The notes under the pieces are model-generated. The model saw only the letters and a list, made by a program, of their open reading frames with translations, did no database searches and was not told the origin of the DNA. Shown here in pieces: positions 1-9,462 of a stretch of 64,000 nt of DNA. Origin of the DNA: Candidatus Bathyarchaeota archaeon (GTDB taxonomy: Archaea > Thermoproteota > Bathyarchaeia > TCS64); assembly GCA_963769425.1 (NCBI GenBank), contig CAVYLP010000006.1, positions 64,001 to 128,000 of the forward strand. The letters run 5' to 3'. The number at the start of each line of letters is the position of its first letter. Within the stretch, counting starts at the first letter, position 1. Made by a program: the position numbers and the translations under genes.

Positions 1-423
1 GACGCCGTCTACTGGGGCATCGTTGTGGTGCTCGCGATGCCTGTCGGCCTCTCCGCCGACAGATTCGGTAGGAAGAACCTCATCACGCTGATGTGCCCGC
101 TCTACGCACTCGGGCTATTAGTACTGGCCTATGTTCCAGGTGAGTTAACACTGATCGCTGTGGGCCTTCTAACTGGGTTCATTCAGCTCGCGGGTGTAAC
201 AAGTGGGTCTATCTCTGTTGAGCTCGTTCCAAAGGAGCTGCTCGGGTCATGGTACGGGATCATAGGGATGGCTAGGAGCCTTTCAAGCATCATCTCACCG
301 CTCATAGGTGGGCTGATCTGGAATAGCCTAGGGCCCGTCTATGTCCTCTACTTCCTTGCTGTGACTCAGCTGCTGAAGCTGGTCATCCTCTGGACGATGC
401 CGAAGACTACGAAATATAGCTAG
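1..423 (+). CDS. MFS transporter, C-terminal part (truncated by window edge)
   Basis: Motif-A-like GLSADRFGRKN and several hydrophobic helices; reading frame open from the window start. Confidence 0.85.
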   Translation, partial: DAVYWGIVVVLAMPVGLSADRFGRKNLITLMCPLYALGLLVLAYVPGELTLIAVGLLTGFIQLAGVTSGSISVELVPKELLGSWYGIIGMARSLSSIISPLIGGLIWNSLGPVYVLYFLAVTQLLKLVILWTMPKTTKYS

Positions 424-452
424 GCTCCGGTAATTTTTCAGTAAAATGAAGG

Positions 453-584
453 TGCCCAAGCATTTCTCCTCTTCTCGGTGAGGTCTCTCGGAGCCTAAGC
501 CCCTGGAGCCTTTAGGCCCACCGTTCCGAGTCAGCTTCGGGGTTCTTCGTGCCTTTTCGATCCCCGGTCGCTGTTGCTTGGGCA
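453..584 (-). ncRNA. Candidate structured non-coding RNA, ~132 nt, family unknown
   Basis: Perfect 10-bp terminal stem TGCCCAAGCA (453-462)/TGCTTGGGCA (575-584); internal stems CAGC/GCTG, CGGGG/CCCCG, CTCGG/CCGAG, GGCCTAA/TTAGGCT; GC-rich island in AT-rich intergenic DNA; AT-rich TATA-like sequence ~25-30 nt upstream and a T-tract downstream on the minus strand. Confidence 0.55.
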
Positions 585-950
585 GACTTAACATCTGTAT
601 GTAAAGTATTTACACTTGTGATGCATCATAGGGGCAAGTAGGAGTGTGATTTCTAGGCTAAGGTCCCTATTATTGACACATATTAGTTAATAACGTCTCA
701 AGACACTGGGACGATAACCAGATTATACACCATGATTAAAGATCCCATTAATTAGATCACCCGCTTTTAATGTCTAATTCGCCACTGCTCCCGATTCGGA
801 TCTGGGCAAATGTTATTTCCCCAAGATCCCGGGTTTGATCAAGGCGGGAGGATAAACCACTCTGAAGTTGAGTGAAATCGTCCAGCACCCTTTCCTAAAC
901 ACTTCTCTTCTCGTTCCTCGCGCCTTCGAATCGCCTTCGGTGGTGGCCAA

Positions 951-1448
951 TTGAAGATACTCAGAGACGAGTCCGGTTTCGTGATCAGGGGGGAGAGGTT
1001 CGTTAGCTACCAGGAGGTCCAGTGCTTCAGGTACCTGCAGTGGCTGGGGTTAACGCCTGAAGACATGAATCACGAGTATCATGTGGGTCGTTGTAGCTTC
1101 GACTTCTTCCCGCTCAGTAAGGTGTTCTGGGAACACCACCCCATATCCATGAGGAGTGGCGAGGACCTCTATCAATACGGCAAGAGGAGGAGACGCGTGT
1201 TGAACACATCCGGCTACTCAAAGATCCCGCTAGTTGTCTCCGACTCGATGTTTAGGGATCAGTGGGAGGTCTGCGACCTGATGAATGACTATGAGGTCGA
1301 CTTCAAGAGGGGTAGGGTGAAGGGGGACCCGACCATCTGCTTCGTCCGCGATTATGGTAGGGAATTTGAGCTACCGAACGGTGAGGCGTTGAAGGAATCG
1401 ATCGCCGGCGAATACACTATTCCAGAACAACTGCTCGGTGCGTACTGA
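951..1448 (+). CDS. Hypothetical protein, possible PD-(D/E)XK (Vsr/DUF559-like) endonuclease fold
   Basis: Pattern S-Y-Q-E...HEYHVGRCSFDFF...FWEHH resembles the DUF559/Vsr-like E...Y.v....DF....iE.h core. Confidence 0.45.
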   Translation: MKILRDESGFVIRGERFVSYQEVQCFRYLQWLGLTPEDMNHEYHVGRCSFDFFPLSKVFWEHHPISMRSGEDLYQYGKRRRRVLNTSGYSKIPLVVSDSMFRDQWEVCDLMNDYEVDFKRGRVKGDPTICFVRDYGREFELPNGEALKESIAGEYTIPEQLLGAY

Positions 1449-1517
1449 TCTCGGAGGGTAACCAATCGGGGAGTCTATACTTTTTTAAACCCTGCGACAT
1501 CTTCTATTTGATCCAAC

Positions 1518-1844
1518 ATGACAGAGGACAGCATCATCTACATCGGCAGCAAACCTGTAATGACCTACGTAATGGCAGTTCTGACGGCCTTCAACCAGAA
1601 GGGTGCGGACGGCGTCGTTCTCAAGGCTAGGGGTCAAGCAATTAGTAGCGCAGTTGACGTAGCTGAGGTCTGCAGGAACCGCTTCATCGCGGGGTTAAGC
1701 AAGCCCGAGATCGAGATCGGGACGGAGGAGCTCGAGGGGCAGGATGGCGGGAAGAGAAATGTCTCCACTATCGCAATAAGCATGCGGAAGGAAGAGGAGG
1801 CTGAGGAAAAGAAACCCGCTAAGAAGAAGAAGGAAGAAGAGTAA
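1518..1844 (+). CDS. albA: DNA/RNA-binding protein Alba with charged C-terminal tail
   Basis: IYIGSKPVMTYV, LKARGQAISSAVDVAE, IEIGTEE, NVSTIAI signatures; TTTTAAA box upstream. Confidence 0.95.
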   Translation: MTEDSIIYIGSKPVMTYVMAVLTAFNQKGADGVVLKARGQAISSAVDVAEVCRNRFIAGLSKPEIEIGTEELEGQDGGKRNVSTIAISMRKEEEAEEKKPAKKKKEEE

Positions 1845-1935
1845 GCTCCTCAACACATACTAAAGATTTCTATTTGCATTCTCAACCTAGTAGACGTTAT
1901 ATCGTGTATTCCTCACCCTACTAGGCGAGATAGCT

Positions 1936-2697
1936 ATGTTGAACAGGGTTAAGGAGAAACTATCTAAGAAGGGCACAGCCGTCGGTTCCTGGATGAGCAT
2001 ATTGAATGAGGACGTCTCGTCCTCTATGGGTAACTCGGGGCTCGACTGGGTGCTCTACGACCTTGAGCACGGTCCCGCCTCGATTGAGACCGCGAGCAAG
2101 CTCGTCAGGGCGACTGGTACGAAGGGGGCGCTCCCCTTCGTCAGGCCTGTGTGGAACGACATGAATGCTATCAAGCAGGCACTCGACACGGGGGCCTGGG
2201 GACTCGTCATACCCTGGGTGAATGATGTGGAGCAGGCGAAGAGGGCGGTCAGCTACACGCGGTACATGCCCGAGGGGCAGCGTGGCTGCGCCGCGGGGAG
2301 ACCGGCCTCCGCTTGGGGTCTGACTCCGGTGGATTACATGAATGTCGCCAACGACGAGATAGTCGTCGCTGTCCAGATTGAGACAGAGGAGGCTGTGAAG
2401 AACATCGAGTCTATATGCTCGGTGGATGGCGTGGACGCGACCTTCATCGGGCCTAGTGACCTCTCAGCCTCGATGGGTTATAGGGGGCAGTTCTGGCACC
2501 CGAAGGTCGTCAAAGCGATGGATCGGGTGTTGGAAGTTTGTCGGGACTCGAAGGTGGCGCCGGGTATCGCCTTCGGTAAGGGGGTCGACCACTGCGTCGA
2601 GTTAGTTAATCAGGGGTGGCGCTTCCTATGTGTGGGCTCCGACACGGAGTTCCTCAAGACGGGGGTCAAGGTGAGCCTCGAGAAGTTCGGTCGATAA
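1936..2697 (+). CDS. HpcH/HpaI (GarL-like) aldolase
   Basis: DWVLYDLEHG, ALDTGAWG, VQIET, FIGPSDLS motifs. Confidence 0.92.
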   Translation: MLNRVKEKLSKKGTAVGSWMSILNEDVSSSMGNSGLDWVLYDLEHGPASIETASKLVRATGTKGALPFVRPVWNDMNAIKQALDTGAWGLVIPWVNDVEQAKRAVSYTRYMPEGQRGCAAGRPASAWGLTPVDYMNVANDEIVVAVQIETEEAVKNIESICSVDGVDATFIGPSDLSASMGYRGQFWHPKVVKAMDRVLEVCRDSKVAPGIAFGKGVDHCVELVNQGWRFLCVGSDTEFLKTGVKVSLEKFGR

Positions 2698-3271
2698 TCG
2701 TTTTCGCAAATTCCGTTGTTTTATCAACTATGCCTAGTAGTGTTTCTTCTAGTTCAGGCGTCGTGTACTTAGCGACTATTAGGATGGTTACGGCGACGCC
2801 TACGACGCCGAAGGCGAAGCTTATCGGGTAGTGGTAGGTCTCGAGGCTCCGCCCCGCTAGGAGGGTGAAGGGCCACGTGTCGTAGGCGGTGAGGTAGAGG
2901 GTGAGGGCGATGCGTGGTACATTTAGGATGAAGAGGAGCGCCCCGGAGAGAGCGACGCCGGATAGTCGCTTGACCCAGCTCGCCCTAAGTGGTAATATGA
3001 GGCCCGCCATTACGCCGAGCACGTTCAGGGCCGTGCACTCACGAATGATTGTGACGGTGACGACGCGCTGCCCAATGAGTGTGAGGACGGTTACTCCCCC
3101 TAGCTGATCCCAACTCGTAGAGTGACCGAAGATCATTAAGGCCCAAGCTGAGGTCTGGGCGGTCAGCGCCTCCACGGAGTCGGAGGGGATCATGTAGAAG
3201 ACCAGGAGGATGGCTGCGAAGGAGACCACATATAGGATGACGTACTTCAATGTCGGCTCCTGGTTGGCCAT
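2666..3271 (-). CDS. Archaeosortase/exosortase family membrane protease
   Basis: Multi-TM protein with IIRECTALN (Cys), LNVPRI (Arg) and YH (His) in exosortase/archaeosortase order. Confidence 0.8.
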   Translation of the reverse strand: MANQEPTLKYVILYVVSFAAILLVFYMIPSDSVEALTAQTSAWALMIFGHSTSWDQLGGVTVLTLIGQRVVTVTIIRECTALNVLGVMAGLILPLRASWVKRLSGVALSGALLFILNVPRIALTLYLTAYDTWPFTLLAGRSLETYHYPISFAFGVVGVAVTILIVAKYTTPELEETLLGIVDKTTEFAKTIIDRTSRGSP

Positions 3272-3305
3272 AGTGTTTGTATCCGCTGCCCGGGTAAAAA
3301 GGTGA

Positions 3306-3761
3306 TTAGCGTCTCCTTCCGAGGACGAGGGCTGCGGCGACTGCTAACAGGATACCCGCCCCGACGGCTTCAGTTGGATAGCCAGGTACACCACCGCTAG
3401 TGGTTGTGACGGCTGCGCCTTCAGTGTAATATGAGCCAGGTCCGTGGAGGTTACAGACTGCTTGGGCCTTTATCGTCTTCGGGTTTGCTGAGCCGATGTT
3501 CAGCGTGAATGTGTACTGAGTCGTGGTGGCCTTGGGGAGGTCTTTGAAGGTTTGTATTGTTCCGTCGAGGTCGAGGTTGATCTGCATGATGTAGTGGTTT
3601 GTCGTGGGGTCGGCGTGTCTCACTAGGACGTCGATGAGAGTGTTGCCAGAGTCCGTTCGACGAGTAATGCTTAGAACGGACGGTATATCCGCTCGGACGG
3701 TTGTGGCTGGTATTGTTAGGGTGAGAGTGATGAGTATCAGGAGGCTGATTTTAGTACTCAT
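3306..3761 (-). CDS. Secreted superoxide-reductase-like (desulfoferrodoxin Ig-fold) protein with VPGYP-TM-RRR sorting signal
   Basis: Signal peptide; HADPTTNHYI and CNLHG motifs; Thr-rich linker, VPGYPTE, hydrophobic helix, GRRR. Confidence 0.7.
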   Translation of the reverse strand: MSTKISLLILITLTLTIPATTVRADIPSVLSITRRTDSGNTLIDVLVRHADPTTNHYIMQINLDLDGTIQTFKDLPKATTTQYTFTLNIGSANPKTIKAQAVCNLHGPGSYYTEGAAVTTTSGGVPGYPTEAVGAGILLAVAAALVLGRRR

Positions 3762-3824
3762 GCGCAGCAATTGGGAGTCGTGTTATTTGAATTTAGATAA
3801 TTTTTAAGTGTTTAGTGTGTGGTC

Positions 3825-4095
3825 GAAAAGGAGCTGTTTTCAAGTCTCCCTTGTAACCAGTAGGGGGGTATAAGAGAAAAAAATAGCCCATCGATCCTAC
3901 TCATTCAGTCAAAGGGCAGAGCATGAAAAGGAGCTTTTCTCAAGCCTCCCTTATGACTGGTAGCATATCATAATTGAAAAAAATCCATGTGTCTTCCCAA
4001 TCAGTATATTCGGAATGATTAGGAGCGTGTTTTATTCTCTCCCTAATACCGATGGCATAGTATATTGAAAAAAACAGTTACCTTCCCTGTCTCAA
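3825..4095. repeat. Three degenerate direct repeats, period 100 then ~92 bp
   Basis: Units starting at 3825, 3925 and ~4017 share AGGAGC-N10/11-CTCCCT...AT(A)...GAAAAAAA. Confidence 0.75.
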
Positions 4096-4159
4096 GCCTA
4101 GAAGCACTTGCTAGTAACTAGATGAATAGCTAAACATGAACGGATAATTTTAAGGGGCT

Positions 4160-5554
4160 TCAGGGGTGGATGTCCGGGTGGCGGCTATGCCAATCTGTTA
4201 GGCTTTGGTAGGAGCGTGCGATGGCTAAAATGGTGTTCTCCTCGTACGGCTTCCCCATAAACTGGATGCCTGTTGGTAGGCCTTGGCTCGTGAAGCCATT
4301 GGGGACACTGATTGCGGGGAGGCCGCACCCGTTGCCGACAGCGCCCATCACGTCCTTGGTGGCTCCTGGGGCGACCTTTCTGAATTCCTCGGTAATTGGG
4401 GTAGCGGGCTTCTTGCTGCTGGGCGCGATAAGCGCATCGTAGGGCTCCATGGCTGTGGTGACGGCTTTGACCATCTTGCCGCGGAGGCGCGTTGCTCGGA
4501 GGTAGTCGGTTGCGAGTAGGGCGGTTCGGGCGTAGGGGCCCCAGTGGTCCTCGGGCGCGGTGAGGTGCTGGGTGAGGCCTGAGTCAACGAGGTCCTCGAA
4601 GGCGCTCGCTGCCTCGGCGTTTAGGATGGTGCGGGTTATGGCCTCGTAGGGGAGGTCGGGGAGCTCGATCTCGTCTACGTCCGCGTATCCGCGTATGGTC
4701 TTCAGGGCTTTGTCGAAGTTGTCCTTGACCTCGGGGTTTGCGTCGTCGGCGACTCCTCGCAGAAACGCGAGGCGGGGTCTGCGCCTCATGGGGCGTGGAT
4801 TGTAGAGCCATGGCTTCTGAATGGTTGTGGGGTCCTCCGGGTCGGGCCCGGCGATGGCTTGGAGTATTGTTCCGCAGTCGTCGGCTGTCTGGGCGAGGGG
4901 GCCGAGTTTGTCGAGTGTCCAGCAGAGAGCCATTGCTCCATGGCGGCTGACTCGGCCATATGTTGGGCGAAGACCCGAGACGCCGCAGTTGTTGGCGGGG
5001 CTTAGGATGCTGCCCCAGGTTTCGCTTCCTATTGCGAAGGGGATGAGTCCGGCTGCGACGGAGGCGCCTGAACCGCTTGATGATCCTCCGGCCCAGGTGT
5101 CGGGGTTCCAGGGGTTCCGTGGAGGACCGGTTAGACTGGCGTTGGGTTGGCGGTAGCCCATGCCCCCTGCGAACTCAATCATGGCAAGTTTGGCGCAGAG
5201 GATGGCGCCCGCGTCTCGTAGCTTCTTCACAGCTGTTGCGTCAGTGTCGATAATCCGTTCTCGGAAGGGTTCGGCGCCCCAGGTTGTTGGTATGCCTCGG
5301 GTGGAGAGGAGGTCCTTTGCGCCCCAAGGGACGCCGTGGAGGGGGCCTCGGTAGTTGCCCTCCTCTATCTCCTTCTCGGCCTTCCTAGCTTGCTTGAGGG
5401 CGAGGCTTCGGGTGATGGTGACGACGGCGTTGAGACGGGGGCCGATTGTCTCGAGGCGGTTGAGAAAGACCTCGGTGAGTTCGACGGGGGATACTTTGCC
5501 GTTCTTGATCTGTTTCGATAGCTCAGATATGGGGCGGTGGATGGGTGACTTCAT
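4160..5554 (-). CDS. Amidase-signature enzyme (GatA/AtzE-like)
   Basis: GPLHGVPWGAKD, GGSSSGS, AIGSETWGSILSP, GLPTGIQ. Confidence 0.92.
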   Translation of the reverse strand: MKSPIHRPISELSKQIKNGKVSPVELTEVFLNRLETIGPRLNAVVTITRSLALKQARKAEKEIEEGNYRGPLHGVPWGAKDLLSTRGIPTTWGAEPFRERIIDTDATAVKKLRDAGAILCAKLAMIEFAGGMGYRQPNASLTGPPRNPWNPDTWAGGSSSGSGASVAAGLIPFAIGSETWGSILSPANNCGVSGLRPTYGRVSRHGAMALCWTLDKLGPLAQTADDCGTILQAIAGPDPEDPTTIQKPWLYNPRPMRRRPRLAFLRGVADDANPEVKDNFDKALKTIRGYADVDEIELPDLPYEAITRTILNAEAASAFEDLVDSGLTQHLTAPEDHWGPYARTALLATDYLRATRLRGKMVKAVTTAMEPYDALIAPSSKKPATPITEEFRKVAPGATKDVMGAVGNGCGLPAISVPNGFTSQGLPTGIQFMGKPYEENTILAIARSYQSLTDWHSRHPDIHP

Positions 5555-5751
5555 TTTTCTTCACCGCTTGGCTTGAAGAATTGGTAGGGCTCGTCCCCGT
5601 TCTCGAGCTTAATCGCGTGCATGGCCTTAGCGGATTCGAGGATCGCGTCGAGTCCTTTTCGTATCTCTTCTAGCTCTTCGGGGGTTACGCGGTCTCCGTA
5701 ACTCGTCTCGACGAGGTTGAAGAGTATTTCAGCCTCGCTCTTCTTTGTCAT
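5551..5751 (-). CDS. Small GatC/AtzG-like amidase partner
   Basis: 66-aa helical protein ending LENGDEP..F.P, stop overlapping the amidase start. Confidence 0.6.
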   Translation of the reverse strand: MTKKSEAEILFNLVETSYGDRVTPEELEEIRKGLDAILESAKAMHAIKLENGDEPYQFFKPSGEEK

Positions 5752-5850
5752 GGTCCTTTATTGGGGCGCCTTTATTTTAGGTCTAGCTCGGTGTTTCATC
5801 ATTTTCCTTTTCTTGTTATCTTCAGAATATTTTTGGCATGAAAGATATTA

Positions 5851-6249
5851 TTATTTCGTCGTACGTTTACCGTAGGGTTTGGTGAGCCATTGGAGTATCT
5901 CGAGGGTGTAGCCTTCAGGATCCTTGAAGAGCATGGTCTTCATGTGGAGGTAGTCGGCCTCCTTCGGGCCCAGTTCGATCTCGACGCCTGCTTGGATGAG
6001 TTTGCGGTGCCACGCCTCGATGTCGTCGGTGAACCAGCTCAGCATGACGGGTTTGTTCTCTGCGGTTTTGAGGTAGCCCTTGCTTGAGTCGACGATTCCT
6101 ATGTGGATGTTGTCGGTGGCTTTGAAGACCCTGGCGAATCCGACGTCTATCACCTTGGGAAAGCCGAGGGTGTCCGCGTAGAAACGTTCGGCGCGGTCGA
6201 TGTCTCGATAGTAGAAGAACGTGATGGTTCCGTACAGGTCTGGGTTCAT
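5851..6249 (-). CDS. VOC/glyoxalase family protein
   Basis: DIDRAERFYADTLGF and FKDPEGYTLEI motifs. Confidence 0.88.
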   Translation of the reverse strand: MNPDLYGTITFFYYRDIDRAERFYADTLGFPKVIDVGFARVFKATDNIHIGIVDSSKGYLKTAENKPVMLSWFTDDIEAWHRKLIQAGVEIELGPKEADYLHMKTMLFKDPEGYTLEILQWLTKPYGKRTTK

Positions 6250-6319
6250 GGTGGTTTAGGGGGTCCTTGGTGTATTAGGTGGTTACGACGAGGGGTCGAT
6301 CTAATTGAACGCTATTACA

Positions 6320-6349
6320 ATCAGTTGGAAGTGAGGATAAGACTATTGA
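6320..6349 (+). repeat. 30-bp direct repeat, copy 1 (copy 2 at 7886-7915)
   Basis: ATCAGTTGGAAGTGAGGATAAGACTATTGA vs ATCAGGTGGAGCTGAGGATAAGACTACTGA, 26/30 identical. Confidence 0.7.
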
Positions 6350-6440
6350 AAGCTGGATTAATTTCTCTATGATGCACGCGCTAGAGATCTAGCGTAATTC
6401 CCTAAACATATTAACCGTTACTGCGAAGGAAGAAAGTGGC

Positions 6441-7224
6441 ATGAACAGACTACAGGGAAAAACCGCACTGATCACAGGAGCGGGTTCAGGAATCGGCAGG
6501 GCCACAGCCATCCTATTCGCAGCAGAGGGCGCCAAAGTCGCAGTAAACGACATCAGCGATGAGGGCGGTAACGAAACCGTACGGATGATAAAAGAAGCAA
6601 AAGGAGAAGCCACATTCTACAAGGCGAACGTGACGAAGTGGCCAGAGGTGAAGACCCTGGTCAGCTAAAGTACGTGATCGCTATGACGGCATCGATATCC
6701 TGCACAACAACGTGGGAGGATGGCAGAGGGAAAACAATGACACCGTCGTTAACGATTCCGAGGAGGAGTGGGACAGGCTCATCAACCTGAACCTGCGCGG
6801 GGTGTTCCTCGTGTCAAAGGAGGTAGTCCCGATTATGATCAAAAAGGGTGGTGGATCGATTATTAACACCATCACAACGAATGCCTACATGAATTATGTG
6901 GGAAATCACGCATACGGCGCGTCGAAGGGGGGTGTGAAGGAGTTGACGAGATCGATGTGCCTGGATTACGCTAAATACAACATCAGGGTCAACGGGTTGG
7001 TCCCCGGTGAGACGATAACACCTCAGTGGACGGCATCGATGGAGAGTGGCCCAAACCCAGAGGAGTCGAAGAGCCTCCTTCTGAAGAAGATACCGATGGG
7101 GCGGTTTGCTATGCCCGAAGATGTAGCTTTAGGGGCGCTCTTCCTCGCATCCGATGACTCAAGGTATGTTAATGGTCACATTCTCTTCGTCGATGGTGGA
7201 TTGACCGCTGGATTCTACGGATAA
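6441..7224 (+). CDS. Short-chain dehydrogenase/reductase, split by a frameshift near 6663
   Basis: [26 protein letters not shown]; removing one base joins ORFs 6441-6668 and 6712-7224 through ..[13 protein letters not shown]. Confidence 0.88.
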
Positions 7225-7885
7225 GTGAAGGAGGGAGCTGGGGGAGGTTGGAGGATCGTCAGTTGCCGTGGTTCTATCTCTGTAAGATGTGTGTGCGGTT
7301 GAGTATCAGGTTGTACTAAGGATGAGGACGCGCACGATCATTTAATCCAGGTTATATTTGTTTCCAAGCTAAATTTTTCACCATCACTGATGGTGCCTGA
7401 TATTATAATGTCTGGACCAAAAGGAAACTGTTCTAGTCTTTTGTACATGAATGACATTGTCTAGAACATATGACTATATTGGTTAGCTTTACTCACATTA
7501 AATATTTTAACTATTTATATATATTAAAAATTGACTTAGCAGGTGGTAGTATGAATTATCTATTTAGCTTGATATTAAATTCCTCGTTCACTGGAAGAAT
7601 ATTTTATTGGGACTTGATAGTCTAGTGTGTTAATGGATGAGAGAAAGATATTATACCTGATGACACAATGAAACGTACTCGTTTAACATGAGAATCGATA
7701 TGCTATTCACAATCGCACGTGGGAAAAAAATAATAAATATGTAACTCAATACGTAGGAAAATTGGAGTATTTCGTATGATAGTTCAATACATTAGGTACG
7801 ATACTTAGTTTTTATCGAAGTGCTGCATTTTATGGTTAGCATCTAAATTATCAAATCAACTAAAAAACTAAGAAATTATTAGTAT

Positions 7886-7915
7886 ATCAGGTGGAGCTGA
7901 GGATAAGACTACTGA
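7886..7915 (+). repeat. 30-bp direct repeat, copy 2
   Basis: See 6320-6349. Confidence 0.7.
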
Positions 7916-7943
7916 TTAATTAAAGCGAGTCTATAACTAGGGT

Positions 7944-9319
7944 TTAATCCCATTTTAAACCGCAGTCCTTGAACTCGGCTTTAACCTTGGTTATGAGCGA
8001 TTCGTACTCGGGCTCGGTCTATGTTTTTGCAGGTCGTAGCACTCAGTGATGAGCTTTCCCTTCTCAGGGGTCGGGGATGTCGTCAACTTTTCGATTATAC
8101 CCTTAAACATTGGGTAGACATCGCCCCTCTTTACGCCAGCTCTTATCGCTGCATCTGAGGCATCTATCATCAACTCCACGTCCGCCGGGGTCTGCCCCCC
8201 GTTCATCCGGCTCCTGCTGACCCTCGGCGTGTATAGATTAGCGCCATTCACAGCTGCTTCAACACTGCGTAGAATCAGCTCCTCCAAGTGACTCTCTGTG
8301 CAGAGCTCGGATACGGGTATGGGCCAATGCATTGGGATGCCCTTACAGTTACGTATCGTTGCCTGGTAGACGACTGACCTTGCGAAGTTCACGGGGAACA
8401 TTGCGCGCTTCATGCCACTGATGTGGTTGAAGTGCTCTACCCCGTTGTAGTAGAGATTGTCGCGGTAGACCATCCAGGCAATAATCGTCTTAGCCAGGCT
8501 CTCGATTATAGCTCCACCTGGCCCCCCTGCAAATCCGCCCACTATCCCGAAGCTACCGCTTATTCCGAAGTATCCGTGGCTTTGAAGAATAAGGGCCGCG
8601 GTGATCAGGTCGTATTGGACCTTCACATCAGGTAGAACCGATAGAAGGACGCCGTCTGTTGGCCTTAGCCCAGCTACGGGGTCGATGGTGGCGAGGAATG
8701 AGGAGGCCTCCGTGCTGATTGGGTAGTAGACTATGGCTGCGCCTGGTCTCCCTGCTTTCCTGATTCCCTCTCTGAGCCACGCCACCTGACGCTTAGAGGC
8801 ATAGGCCTCCAGTGGCTCCCCGTATAACTCGTATCCATCGATGGCGGGGAGGTTGAAGCCTTCGAGGAAGTCGAGTCGGGGGATCATCGCGAAGTTCTGG
8901 ACGACGATGTTAGCCAGGTCCTCGGTGAAGGGCGCGTGGTGGCCCGGCGCGATGTTGAGGGGCTCCTTTCCTTCGATCTTGTGCTGGTGCCAGATCCTCG
9001 CGTCTTTTCCCTCGCCCATTATGACCTCGCTCTGCATAGCTTTTATGGCTTCATTCACCTCTTCCTCTGAGAACCTGACAACTCGCTCGCTGTCTATGCA
9101 TAGGCAGCCTACATCGACCACGAACCGTACAGCTGCTTGCCACGCCGAGTCGGCTAAGCTGTTGTCTACGTTCAGCCAGTTAGACGGGTCGTTTGGAATA
9201 TCTATTTTATACTCTTTCTCCAGTTCCTGCATTTTCTTGAAGAGGGCGATGTCCCAATCCTTGATTGTCTTCTTGGGCCCTCTCCGCATACGATCAACGA
9301 CTTCAACCAGGCTGATCAT
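7944..9319 (-). CDS. mtmB-like: MtmB-family corrinoid methyltransferase without pyrrolysine (paralog 1; C-terminal frameshift near 8010)
   Basis: GRPG, GLRPTDG, GGFAGGPGG, ECYDL motifs of MtmB; likely start MISLVEV at 9319; a one-base fix gives the tail PEYESLITKVKAEFKDCGLKWD*. Confidence 0.85.
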
Positions 9320-9462
9320 TATACTCAAATCAATATCCATGTTCGACTTAATAGCATTAGATGAAGCATCATCTAATTCACATAGAAGAATCCTATTTGA
9401 GAGCTTCACTTACCCGTTAATATGAAATACGGATTCGATTGTTAGACTGTCAGTGAGACTTC

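Noticed and set aside
453-584. 5S rRNA
   Set aside because: The size is similar, but the conserved loop C (CCAUCCCGAAC-like) and the 5S helix layout are missing
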